The notes below the pieces were generated by a model. It made no database searches. It was given only the letters and a program-made list of their open reading frames with translations, and was not told where the DNA came from. A program made the position numbers and the translations under genes. Shown here one piece after another: positions 9,750 to 20,200 of a stretch of DNA of 64,000 bases. Source of the stretch: Candidatus Eiseniibacteriota bacterium. GTDB taxonomy: Bacteria > Eisenbacteria > RBG-16-71-46 > DASYSL01. The stretch's first letter is position 1. Each line of letters starts with the position of its first letter. The stretch covers positions 35,977 through 99,976 of the forward strand of contig JANPEF010000091.1 of NCBI GenBank assembly GCA_031431875.1. Reading direction: 5' to 3'.

Positions 9750-10031
9750 TCAGCGCCGGTACGCGCTCTTCACGGCACCCCAGCTCTTCTTCGCGTGCAA
9801 CACCTTCGGGATCATTCCCGCCACCTCGGCCGGGTGCTCGATCTCCTCGGGGATCGGCTCGACGCTGACCTCGCCACCACGCCGCCACGCATCCTGATCG
9901 GCAAGCATCGAGCCGGCATTGGTGCGCGTGGGGGTGTCGGTCGCTCCAGCGCTGGTGGAGAGGAACAGGGCGGCCAGAAGGAGCAGGCTCCCGAGGCTCA
10001 GGGACTTGGCGGACATCGCACGAGCGGTCAT
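9750..10031 (-). CDS. Small secreted protein (93 aa) with C-terminal KKSWGAVKSAYRR tail
   Basis: AGGAGG RBS, signal peptide (LLLLAALFLSTSAGA), C-terminal SWGxVKxxY motif. Confidence 0.75.
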   Translation of the reverse strand: MTARAMSAKSLSLGSLLLLAALFLSTSAGATDTPTRTNAGSMLADQDAWRRGGEVSVEPIPEEIEHPAEVAGMIPKVLHAKKSWGAVKSAYRR

Positions 10032-10306
10032 GACGCACCTCCTGGTCGTTAGGGGGGGAGTCTCGGGCGCCCCCTCGGGCGCCTCTGCCTTCCCGCCTGC
10101 CAGGGTGGTCGTACTCTCAGGGGAGGTGTGACATCGGCCCGGGCGCGGGCTGGGGATCTGGATGCGGTGCGAGATGCGGAGCTGGCTGGGGCCCGGAGTG
10201 CGATGCGTCAGGTCGGGAGAGATCCCCGAGCGCCCGTGCGTCCCAGACCCGAGCCACGAGTGGCAGTTTGGATCCAGAGACGCCGGGGCCGGGAAACTCG
10301 AAGTCT

Positions 10307-10765
10307 TCAGGCGTCGGGCGCGCGGCACCCCGCACAGACGCCGTTGAACCGAATCGTGTAGTCGCTCACCGCAAAGTCGAGGCCGCCCGGGGGGAGCACG
10401 GTGTCGAACGCCTCGTGGGCGACGTCCTGCAGCGTGTGACATTTCACACACCACAGGTGATGGTGACCGCCGAGATTCGCGTCGAACCGCCGGCTGGTTC
10501 CCGGGGCATCGACCTCGCGCACGAAGCCGAGTTCGACGAGAAAATCGATCGTCTTGTAGACCGTTCCGAGAGACAGCGCCGGCAGGCCGGGCTTCAACTC
10601 CCGAAACACCCCCTCCGCACTCGGATGCTCCCGGCTCGCGAGCAGTGCCCGGTAGACGGCCAGGCGCTGATGGGTCACCGGCACCCCACGGTCGTGGCAG
10701 GTGCGGGTGAACCGATCGAGTTCCGAAGCGACGTCCGGTCGCGAGGGGCTGAGCGCAGGGTGCAA
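10307..10765 (-). CDS. Fur/PerR family transcriptional regulator
   Basis: VTHQRLAV, HPSAEGVF, LSLGTVYKTI, RFDANLGGHHHLWCVKC, GVCAGC. TTG start assumed. Confidence 0.9.
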   Translation of the reverse strand: MHPALSPSRPDVASELDRFTRTCHDRGVPVTHQRLAVYRALLASREHPSAEGVFRELKPGLPALSLGTVYKTIDFLVELGFVREVDAPGTSRRFDANLGGHHHLWCVKCHTLQDVAHEAFDTVLPPGGLDFAVSDYTIRFNGVCAGCRAPDA

Positions 10766-11243
10766 GGGGTCGCTTCTCCGGAGAGCTTCTCGAGAGATGA
10801 GAAGGATTCTCGAACAGGAATCTAGCGGTCCGGGTGGCGCTCGGCAAGCGCTCCGAGCAGGCCAAACGTTTATTTGACAATATGTTGCATTCTGAGCCAA
10901 TTGCGCTGTCAGGGGCGCGGAGGGGTCCGCGGGGGTCCGCGGGGGGCGGCGCGGGGCGGACCTGAGGCGGTTGGGGTCGGTCGGCGGCAACTTGGGCCGG
11001 CGCAAGTTGGTGGGGCCCGCCCCACCGCCAGACAGGCAGAATCGCATGCCCCAGCGCATGTCATTTGACCAGTCTGGGGGGCCGTTTCGCGAGCGGTTCC
11101 TCCGGCCGCGCCTCCGCCCCCGGCTCGATTTGCGCGGGCCCAAGTTTTCCCGCCTGTCCACGGTCCTCCACCGGCACACCCCGCCCCCTCGCCGCATCCG
11201 AAGATGACGCCCGGAGCCGGGCGCACGGAAAGGACGGGCGACC

Positions 11244-12314
11244 ATGCAGCCTGCGAACTTCACGACTTCCGCTCCTTCGCCGCAGGGCGATGACCGCGCG
11301 CTGCTCGACTCCTACTCGCGCGCCGTGATCGACGCGACCGACCGCGTGAGCCCCGCCGTGGTCAATCTCGAGGTGACGCACCGCGTTCCGGCGGGCCGTT
11401 CACGGCGCGGCGGACGGGGTCGCGGTCCCCACGGAGGCGACGGTCACGGCGCGGGCGCCGGCGACGATCCCGAGGTGCACGGCACGGGCTCGGGCTTCCT
11501 GTTCACGCCCGACGGTTTCGCGCTGACCAACAGCCATGTCGTGGGCGGCGCGACGCGGATCACGGCGACGCTCACCGACGGGCGACATGTCGCCGCGACG
11601 CTGGTCGGCGACGATCCGCACACCGACCTCGCGGTCGTCCGTCTGCAGGCCGAGGATGCGCACCTGCCGACGGTCGACCTGGGCACGTCGGGCGACCTGC
11701 GCGTGGGCCAGCTGGCCGTCGCGATCGGCAATCCCCTCGGCTTCCAGACGACGGTCACGGCGGGCGTCGTCAGCGCGCTCGGCCGCTCGCTGCGCGCCAG
11801 CTCGGGACGCCTGATCGACGACGTGGTGCAGACCGATGCGGCACTCAACCCGGGGAACTCGGGCGGGCCGCTGGTCGACTCGCGCGGGACGGTGATCGGC
11901 GTCAACACGGCGATCATCCGCGGCGCGCAGGGCATCTGCTTCGCCATCGCGGTCGACACCGCGCGCTTCGTGGTGGCGCGGCTGATGAGCGAGGGATGTG
12001 TGCGGCGCAGTGTGCTGGGCCTGGGCGGGCAGAACCTGCCGATCCGGCGCCAGGTCGTGCGCTTCCATGACCTGCCGGTCGAGAGCGGCGTGCTGGTGCT
12101 GGGAATCGAGCCGGGCGGCCCGGCCGAACGTGCGGGCATTCGCGAGCGCGACGTCGTGATCGCATTCGGCGACCGGCCGGTTGCCGGCATCGACGACCTG
12201 CACCGTGCGCTCACGCACGAGCGCGTGGGAGTGGCGACGTCGATCACGGTGATCCGCCGCGCCGAGAAGTTGACGCTGAGCACGGTGCCGGTCGAGGCGG
12301 ATTCCGCGGCCTGA
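11244..12314 (+). CDS. HtrA/DegP-like trypsin serine protease with one PDZ domain
   Basis: GSGF, TNSHVV, DLAVV, QTDAALNPGNSGGPL, C-terminal PDZ (GPAERAGI). Confidence 0.93.
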   Translation: MQPANFTTSAPSPQGDDRALLDSYSRAVIDATDRVSPAVVNLEVTHRVPAGRSRRGGRGRGPHGGDGHGAGAGDDPEVHGTGSGFLFTPDGFALTNSHVVGGATRITATLTDGRHVAATLVGDDPHTDLAVVRLQAEDAHLPTVDLGTSGDLRVGQLAVAIGNPLGFQTTVTAGVVSALGRSLRASSGRLIDDVVQTDAALNPGNSGGPLVDSRGTVIGVNTAIIRGAQGICFAIAVDTARFVVARLMSEGCVRRSVLGLGGQNLPIRRQVVRFHDLPVESGVLVLGIEPGGPAERAGIRERDVVIAFGDRPVAGIDDLHRALTHERVGVATSITVIRRAEKLTLSTVPVEADSAA

Positions 12315-12373
12315 CCTCCCCATCGGGCTGATAAGGTGGCGCCGACTTCGACCTGATCCGGGAGCGGCGCCTC

Positions 12374-14446
12374 ATGTCCCACGAACTGACCATCCTCCGC
12401 GAACTCACCCTGCTCGCCGGCGTCTCGCTGGTGGTGAACCTGCTGCTGCGCCGACTCAAGGTCCCCTCGGTCGTCGGCTTCCTGTTCACGGGGATCCTGA
12501 TCGGCCCGGGCGGCCTGGGGCTCGTGCGTGAGCCCGAGACGGTGGCGACGCTCGCAGAGATCGGCGTCGTGGTCCTGCTCTTCGCCATCGGTCTCGAGTT
12601 CTCGCTCGCCGACCTGAAAAAGCTCGGCCGCAAGGCCGTCATCGCGGGCGTCGGCCAGGTGGTTGTCACCGCCGCGGCTGTCGCGCTGGTCCTCATCGCG
12701 ATGGGTGCAGTTCCCGCGAAGGCGATCTTCCTCGGCATGCTGATCGCCCCTTCCTCCACCGCGCTCGTCTTTCGCTTGATCACCGATCGCGGCGAGCTGC
12801 AGGCACCGCACGGGCGCCTGCTCACCGGCGTCCTCCTGGTGCAGGACCTGGCGGTCGTACCCATGGTGCTGCTCGTCCCCGCGCTGTCGACATGGGCCGC
12901 CGGTGGCGGCGGCGCGGACGTACCGGCAGGGGCAGCGGTGCTGGGCCACGGCGGCACGACGGGCGGCGGCTTCGAGCTGGTGCTCCGGGGTCTCGGGACG
13001 ATCGGACTGGTCGTGCTGGCCTTCTTCGCCGCGCGGCGGCTGGTGCCGTGGCTGGTGGCGCGTGCGGCGGCGGGTCGCTCGCGCGAGACCTTCCTCGCCG
13101 CGGTCCTGCTCGTCGTCGCCGGCTCGGCGTGGCTGTCGCAGCAGGCCGGGCTGTCGGTCGCCCTGGGCGCATTCCTCGCCGGCCTCGTGCTGGCCGAGTC
13201 GGAGCATCGGTCGCAGGTTCACGCCGACATCCTGCCGTTTCGCGACATGCTGCTCTCGGTGTTCTTCATCTCGATCGGGATGTTGCTCACACCGTGGACG
13301 CTGCTCCTGCACCCGCTCGAGGTCGGCTTCGCGACGGTCGGCATGGTGACGTGGAAGCTGGTTGCCGCGGCGGCGGTGGCGCGCCTCGCCGGCTATCCGT
13401 GGCGCATCGCACTCGCGGCCGGGCTGAGCCTCGCGCATGTCGGCGAGTTCTCCTTCGTGCTGGCGCAGGCCGGCACGCCCGCGGGCCTCTTGCCGCCGCC
13501 GTGGGACCAGGCGTTCCTCGCCGGCGCCGTGTTCTCGATGATGCTCACGCCGTGGTTCGTCAACTCGGCCCCGCGCTGGGCGCTGACCCTGGAGATGAAG
13601 CTGCGCGGCCTGCGCGAGATCTCGCACCTGCCGGGCTCGCCGCATGCGGAGACGCCGCAGTCGCTGCTGATGCGCGACCACGTGGTGATCGCCGGCTTCG
13701 GGTTGAACGGGCGGAACCTCGCGCGCGTTCTGCGCTCGGTCAAGATCGGCCATGTCGTCGTCGACCTCGATCCCGAGGCGATCGTCCAGTGCGGCGAGGA
13801 AGGCAGCCCCGCGCTGGTCGGCAACGTGACCCAGCCCGAGATCCTGAAACAGCTCGGGATCGCGCGGGCGCGCGTGCTGGTGCTCGCGCTGTCGGATCCA
13901 TTCGCCTCGCGGCACGCGGCCCGGCTGGCGCGCTCGCTCAATGCGCACCTGTTCGTGCTGGTGCGCGCTCGCTCGGTCGAAGACATCGATGCGCAGTACG
14001 AGGCCGGAGCGAACCTGGTCATCCCCGAGGAGTTCGAGACGTCGATCGAGATTTTCACGTCCGTGTTGCGGGAGTATCACGTGCCGGTCAACGTCGTCGA
14101 GGCGCAGGTCACGATGTTGCGCCACGAGCGCTACTCGCTACTGCGTGGCCGCAAGCTCCCTCGCGCGGTGCTCGAACAGCTCGACGCGATCCTGACCAAG
14201 GGCACGACCGAGGCGGTCGTCGTGCTCCATCACTCGCCGGTCGTCGGTCAGGTGCTGTGGGAGACGGGGCTGCTCGACGAGGAGCACGTGAAGCTGATCG
14301 CCATCGTGCGCGGCGGCAACGCGATGATCGACTTCGATCCGCAGATGGAGATCCGGGTCGGCGACACGCTCGTGATCACGGGCGGCCATGGCGATCTCGA
14401 CCAGGTGATGGAGCGGCTGCGGCCCCTGGATCGCTCGGTGAGCTGA
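12374..14446 (+). CDS. CPA2/Kef-type cation:proton antiporter with TrkA-N and TrkA-C domains
   Basis: Multi-TM with LLFAIGLEFS, QDLAVV, LGAFLAG, GEFSFVL; HVVIAGFGLNG Rossmann motif. Confidence 0.92.
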   Translation: MSHELTILRELTLLAGVSLVVNLLLRRLKVPSVVGFLFTGILIGPGGLGLVREPETVATLAEIGVVVLLFAIGLEFSLADLKKLGRKAVIAGVGQVVVTAAAVALVLIAMGAVPAKAIFLGMLIAPSSTALVFRLITDRGELQAPHGRLLTGVLLVQDLAVVPMVLLVPALSTWAAGGGGADVPAGAAVLGHGGTTGGGFELVLRGLGTIGLVVLAFFAARRLVPWLVARAAAGRSRETFLAAVLLVVAGSAWLSQQAGLSVALGAFLAGLVLAESEHRSQVHADILPFRDMLLSVFFISIGMLLTPWTLLLHPLEVGFATVGMVTWKLVAAAAVARLAGYPWRIALAAGLSLAHVGEFSFVLAQAGTPAGLLPPPWDQAFLAGAVFSMMLTPWFVNSAPRWALTLEMKLRGLREISHLPGSPHAETPQSLLMRDHVVIAGFGLNGRNLARVLRSVKIGHVVVDLDPEAIVQCGEEGSPALVGNVTQPEILKQLGIARARVLVLALSDPFASRHAARLARSLNAHLFVLVRARSVEDIDAQYEAGANLVIPEEFETSIEIFTSVLREYHVPVNVVEAQVTMLRHERYSLLRGRKLPRAVLEQLDAILTKGTTEAVVVLHHSPVVGQVLWETGLLDEEHVKLIAIVRGGNAMIDFDPQMEIRVGDTLVITGGHGDLDQVMERLRPLDRSVS

Positions 14447-14488
14447 TCGCCCCGGCTCAAACCTTCGGGGGCGTCGGGGCGCCGTGGG

Positions 14489-16972
14489 TCACGACCGCAT
14501 CCTGCCGCGCCACGCCGCCGCGTCCCCCGGGCGATCGGTCGCCTCGTAGACTTCGACGAGTGCCTTCACCGCGCGCTGCACTCCCGGATCGCCGTCGTCG
14601 CCGGAGAGGGCGCGCAGGATCGCGTGCGCGCCCAGGAGCTCGGGCTCGGCTTCGCGAGGCCGATCCAGTCCGACGAGCGCCTCGCCCAGGGCGAGTTGCG
14701 TGATCCCGATCCCGACGTAGCCGGGCGGCATCACGCGGCGGGTGGAGGCGAGCGCGCGACGCAGGATCGCCTCGGCCTCGGTAAACCTCTCCAGCCGGTT
14801 GTACACGCGGCCGAGATTCGTCATCGAGACGAGCACTTCCGGATGCTCTTCGCCCAACGCGCGGCGGCTGATCTCGTAGTCGATCCGGTACAGCGGCTCG
14901 GCTTTTTCGGGGCGACCGCTTCGCGCGTAGATCACGGCGAGGTTGTTGAGCGCCTGCATCGTCTCGGGATGCTCGGGCCCGAACAGCCGGCGGCGCCCCT
15001 TCAGCGCGCCCACGGCGAGGGACTCGGCCCCCGCGAAGTCCCCGGCCTGGTTCCGCGCCCACGCCAGGTTGTGCATCACGGTGAAGGTGAAGCGATCGTC
15101 GACCGGCACGAGGCGGCGCTGCGCCGCGAGCGTGAGCGTGAGCAGGCTCTCGGCGCTCGTCGAACGCCCATCCTCGGTGTAGAGCAGTCCGAGGTCGTTC
15201 ATCGCCTGCACGACGTCGTGGCTCCCGTCACCGAACGTGCGCCGGTGGCCCGCAAGCGCGGCCAGGTACAGGGGCTCGGCCTCGGCGACCCGCCCCTGCG
15301 ACACGAAGAGCGCCCCGAGCTGCTGCGCGACGCGCAGGCCGTCCGTGTGGCCCGCGCCGTCGACACTGTCGTACAACGCGCGCGCGGTGACGAGCGTCGG
15401 CTCGGCCTGGTCGAACAGTCCAAGCTTGAAGTACGTGTCCCCGATCGAGCTCAGGAGCTGCGCCCGGATGCGCGGCCGGTCCGCGAACTGAACGGCCGCC
15501 GCGGCGATCGCCTCGGCGAGCACGTTCTCGTCGAGGACACGCAGCGCAGCGTCGGTCGTGTTGATGTCCGCCAGGTGTGCGTGGAGCGACGCGACGGCCG
15601 CGGCGACCGCGGCCTCGGATCGACCGGCATCGCGCAGGGAGGTCGCCAGCCGCGCGGCCAGGTCGGCCTCGAGCCGGCGCGCCATGGTGAGCGCGTCGAT
15701 CCCGCCGAGCATGTTGCGCTGGAACTCGACGACGGCCTCGGTGTCGAGGCGCGCCTGCTCGGCCGCGCGGCGCTGCGTCGCCTCGCGCAGCCCGAATGTG
15801 GTCGTGGCGACGATGCCTGCCAGGAGCGCAATCATCGTGGCCGCGACACCGACGACCAGCGAGCGGTTGCGCCGGGAGAACTTGCGGAGCCGGTCGAGCG
15901 TGCTCGGGCTCCTCGCCAGGATGGGGCGCGAATCGAGGTGGCGCTCGACGTCTTCGGCCAGCGCGGCGGCGCTGGGGTAGCGCCGATCGGCCTCCTTCTC
16001 CAGCGCCTTGCCGACGATCGTCTCGAGGTCGCCATCGACAGGACGCGTCCCCTTCCAGGCGTGGCGGAGCGACGACGGCGGCTGCTCGCAGATGATGCGC
16101 ACCGCCTCGGGGATCGACGCCGTCTGCGTGTCGTAGGGGCGCGCGCCCGTGAGCATCTCGTAGAGCAGCACGCCGAGCGCGTACACGTCGGTGCGCAGGT
16201 CGACCTGGTCGGAGTCGCCGCGCGCCTGCTCGGGGCTCATGTACGGCAGGGTGCCCTTGATCTCGCCGACTTCCGAGACCGCGGTCGCCGCCTCGACGTC
16301 GGACTCCGTGATGCGGGCGAGCCCGAAGTCGAGGATCTTCACCTCGGGCAGGCCCCGCGATCCGCCGCGGCTGTCGGACGCGGTGGTCGCGGTCGTGATC
16401 GCGCTCGAGGCTTCTTCGAGTTCGGCGACGACGATATTCGACGGCTTGAGGTCGCGGTGGATGACGCCGCGCTGGTGTGCATAGTTGACCGCGCCGCAGA
16501 TCGCGAGGAAGAGCCGGAGCCGCAGGCGCAGCTCGGCCGCGTCGACCGGCGTCGGGCGCGCGCGCAACCACGCGCCGAGCGAGGCGCCCCGCACCAGCTC
16601 CATGGCGAAGAAGTGCTCGCCGGCATCCGTGTGGCCGGCCTCGTAGATGGCGGCGATGTTCGGATGCTTGAGCCGGGCGAGCGTGTCGACCTCGCGCTGG
16701 AAGAGCCGGACCTGCTGCTCGTCGACGAACGAGCCGCCGCGGATGACCTTGAGCGCGACGTGTCGCCGCGGGTGCTCCTGCTCGGCCTCGAACACGATGC
16801 CCATGCCACCCTCGCCGAGCCGGCCGAGGATGCGGAAGCGCCCGATCGTCGCGGGGAGCCCCGCCCTGCGCGCAGGCGTCGAGGCGGCGATGCGGGGCGG
16901 CCCCGCAGGCGCGACCGTTGCGTCGTTGTCGGGTGTCGGGTCGCCGGGGGACTCGGGATTCACGGGGTCCAT
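14489..16972 (-). CDS. Ser/Thr protein kinase with TM segment and TPR repeats
   Basis: LGEGGMG, VALK, HRDLKPSN, DFG, GTLPYMSPE; kinesin-light-chain-type TPRs (GPEHPET..NNLA). Confidence 0.93.
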   Translation of the reverse strand: MDPVNPESPGDPTPDNDATVAPAGPPRIAASTPARRAGLPATIGRFRILGRLGEGGMGIVFEAEQEHPRRHVALKVIRGGSFVDEQQVRLFQREVDTLARLKHPNIAAIYEAGHTDAGEHFFAMELVRGASLGAWLRARPTPVDAAELRLRLRLFLAICGAVNYAHQRGVIHRDLKPSNIVVAELEEASSAITTATTASDSRGGSRGLPEVKILDFGLARITESDVEAATAVSEVGEIKGTLPYMSPEQARGDSDQVDLRTDVYALGVLLYEMLTGARPYDTQTASIPEAVRIICEQPPSSLRHAWKGTRPVDGDLETIVGKALEKEADRRYPSAAALAEDVERHLDSRPILARSPSTLDRLRKFSRRNRSLVVGVAATMIALLAGIVATTTFGLREATQRRAAEQARLDTEAVVEFQRNMLGGIDALTMARRLEADLAARLATSLRDAGRSEAAVAAAVASLHAHLADINTTDAALRVLDENVLAEAIAAAAVQFADRPRIRAQLLSSIGDTYFKLGLFDQAEPTLVTARALYDSVDGAGHTDGLRVAQQLGALFVSQGRVAEAEPLYLAALAGHRRTFGDGSHDVVQAMNDLGLLYTEDGRSTSAESLLTLTLAAQRRLVPVDDRFTFTVMHNLAWARNQAGDFAGAESLAVGALKGRRRLFGPEHPETMQALNNLAVIYARSGRPEKAEPLYRIDYEISRRALGEEHPEVLVSMTNLGRVYNRLERFTEAEAILRRALASTRRVMPPGYVGIGITQLALGEALVGLDRPREAEPELLGAHAILRALSGDDGDPGVQRAVKALVEVYEATDRPGDAAAWRGRMRS

Positions 16973-16975
16973 GGA

Positions 16976-17065
16976 TCAGAACACCAGCTTGTAGCCGAGC
17001 AGGATCGACAGGGCAGAGATGCGCGGCATGGCGAAGCCTCCGGGAGAGCGAATGTCGAGCTGCAT
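16976..17065 (-). pseudogene. 29-aa mini-ORF, probable collapsed outer-membrane beta-barrel gene
   Basis: AGGAG RBS + ATG; ends ISALSILLGYKLVF (beta-signal-like terminal Phe); homologous to the relic at 25527. Confidence 0.45.
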
Positions 17066-17216
17066 GGCGGACTCTCCTGTAGTTGGCGGGTCGGGTCAAG
17101 CCGACCATCACCGCCCGGTCCGAGCGCACGACCCGCAGCGGCAGCTTGCCCTCCGCCGTGGTCGAGCGTAGAGTCCCTGCCTCGCCGTCCGGACGCCGAT
17201 CCTCGGAGATCCCCCC

Positions 17217-20200
17217 ATGCTCGCACGCCTGGCTTGTGCCGCGTCGCTCCTCCTGCTCGTTGTCGTCCTCCCCGCCCACGCCCAGTCCATGCGCACGCTC
17301 GACCCGGGCAGCAGCGCGTGGAGCGCACCCGTCGGGGCCGAGCCGTGCATGGCCGAGGACGACCTCGTGCGGCGGCTCGCGGCCGATCCCACGCTCGCCG
17401 CGCGGCGCGAGTTGTTCGAGCAGTTGGTCGCTGAGGCGACTCGCCAGAAGCTGATCGGCGGCACGACCAACGCGGGACCTTCCTACGTGATCCCGGTGGC
17501 GGTGCACATCGTGCACATGGGCGGAGTCGAGAACATCTCGGACCAGCAGGTGCTGAGCCAGATCTACGCGCTCAACCGGGACTTCGCCGACTCGACGGGC
17601 AACGGCGCACCGGCGGTCGATACGAAGATCTCGTTCTGCCTGGCGCAGAACCTGCCGGCGACGAGCAGCGTGGTCTGGTCGACCACGCCCGGCATCACGC
17701 GCACGTTCTCGACGCAGACGAATCACACCTACGGCAGCTTCGTCAGCGAGCAGGCGCTCAAGGCGATCGACTACCTGCCCTCGACCGGCTACCTGAACAT
17801 CTGGGTGGTGAAGGCGATCAGCGGCGGCTCGGGGGGCGTAGCCGGCTACGCGACGTTCCCGGGCACGGTGCCGGCGACGCTCGACGGCATCGTCATCCGC
17901 GCCGACGCGTTCGGCAGCAACTTCACGCCGTTCGGCTCGGGCTACACGCTGCTGCCCGTCAACGACGATGGCAAGATCATGACGCACGAGGCCGGCCACT
18001 GGCTGAACCTGTTCCACACGTTCCACGGTGGATGCTCCACTACCGGCGACCAGGTCGCCGACACGCCAAAGGAGCAGGTGAACCGCACGGGTTGCCCGAC
18101 GACGTCGCTGGCCAGCTGCACCGCGGTCGCCGACCCGATCGAGAACTTCATGGACTACACGAACGACGCCTGCCGCTTCGCCTTCACCGCGGGGCAGCAG
18201 GTGCGCATGCAGACCGCGCTCGGCGCGCACCGCGCCGGCCTGGTGAGCGCGGCGAACCTGCTCGCCGCCGGCTGCTCGAGCGGGCTCGATCCGTTGATCA
18301 TCCTGACGCCGGGCCAGCTCTGTTCCGGCGGCACGGTGCAGGCGACGACGACCGCGCAGGCAGCCGGCATGACCTACGCGTGGTCGTTCCCCGGCGGGAC
18401 GCCGGCGGCTGCTGCGACGCAGAGCGCGTCGACGACGTACCCCACACCGGGTGTGTACCCCGTCACGCTCACGGTCACGACCGCGGCGAATGCGAGCGCG
18501 ACGAACACGAAGTCCGTCTACGTCCTTGCCTGCACGCCGATCGCGAACACCTGCACCAACTGGACGTTCGGCCTCAACCAGGGCCTCAGCTTCGCGACCG
18601 GGGCCCCCGTCGCCGTGGCGGGCCGGATCCCGGCGGCCATCGAGGCGGGAACGACGATGTCCGACGCGGGGGGAAACCTCCTGTTCTACTCCGATGGCGT
18701 GCGCGCGATCGACCGGACGGACAACGTCATGCCGAACGGCAACGGCCTCCTCGCCGGCGGCAGTTCGCACACCGGCATCATCACCTTCCCCCGTCCCGGC
18801 TCGAGCACGCAGTACTTCCTGTTCGCCATGATGATGCTGGAAGACTCCCCGGTGCCGAACCCGCTCACCTACAGCGTCGTGGACATGACCCTGAACGGCG
18901 GACTGGGCGACATCCCGTTCGGGCAGAAGAACCTGCCCGTCACCCTGCCGGGCAATCCCACGTTCACGATGGAGGCGCTGGCCGCGATCCCGCACTGCGG
19001 CGGACAGGCGTGGTTCGTGATCTCGCACGGCGGCTATCTCGACGCATTCAAGATCTACGTCACGGTGGTCACCAGCGCGGGCCCGGTCTCGACCAACGTC
19101 TACCCGATCGGTCTCGACGTGCCGGGCACGACGGGCGGCTCGATTCGCCCCACGCCGGACGGTACCAAGTTCGTGATCACCGGCGCGGCGACGAAGGAGC
19201 TGGCGATCTACGACTTCAACCGCTCGACCGGAGCGGTGACCGTTTCGCTGCCGCCGACCATGCTCGAAGTGGGCGGCGACGCGCTCCTGAGCCCGAACAA
19301 GCAGCTCGTCTACTACACGTTCAGCGACAGCGGCGTGTACGGGCTGCGCCAGGTCAAGCTGTCGACGATGGAAGTGCGCGAGATCATCCGCAACTCCGCG
19401 GGCCCGATCGCGCCCGGCCCCGACGGGAAGATCTACATGGCACCGGGCTCGCAGAACGCGCTCCACACGGTCAACTACCCGGACCTGTTCAACACGCAGA
19501 ACCTGAACGAGTGCGGCTTCAATCCCCTGAGCGTGCCGCTGGCGTCGGCCAGCACCCTGTTCGGGGCGCTGCCGAACAACGTCGTCGCCTGCACCGGATC
19601 CCTTCTCCCCGCTGCGTTCACGGCCAAGGTGACGAACTGCCTCACCGTCCAGTTCACGACCACGAACTGCGGGGGCCCGGCCACCTGGAACTTTGGCGAC
19701 GCCTCGGGCGGAAGCGGTCTGACGGTCTCGCACACGTACGCCGCACCAGGAACGTACACGGTGACGCTGACGGCAACCGGCTCGAACCCGAGCGTGGCCA
19801 CGCAGACGATCCCGCTCGGCCTGGCGCCAGTATCGATCGCGGGCGCGAACACGGCGTGCACGACGGCGCAGAACTACTCGGCGATCGGGCCGGCTTCCTA
19901 CACCTACGCGTGGTCGACCTCGGGAGGCACGCCGACGAACGCGAGCGGCAACAACATCGACGTCGTCTGGCTCCCGACCGGCGGCACGCTCACCCTCACC
20001 GTGACCGACTCGACCACGGGCTGCACGCAATCGATCGCGAAGCTGGTGGGCCCCTGCCCGGTGTGCAAGTCGCCGCCGCTCAACATGAACGCCTGGTGGC
20101 CACTCGACGAACCGACGGGTCCGACCGCCCTCGAGACCGTGCTCGGCAGCCACGCCACCGACGTGGGCGCTCCGCTGCACGTGCCCGGCATGGTGCGTCG

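Noticed and set aside
10035..10130. Possible riboswitch in the leader of the small secreted gene
   Set aside because: Only a short GC hairpin (TCGGGCGCC repeats); no recognisable aptamer consensus.
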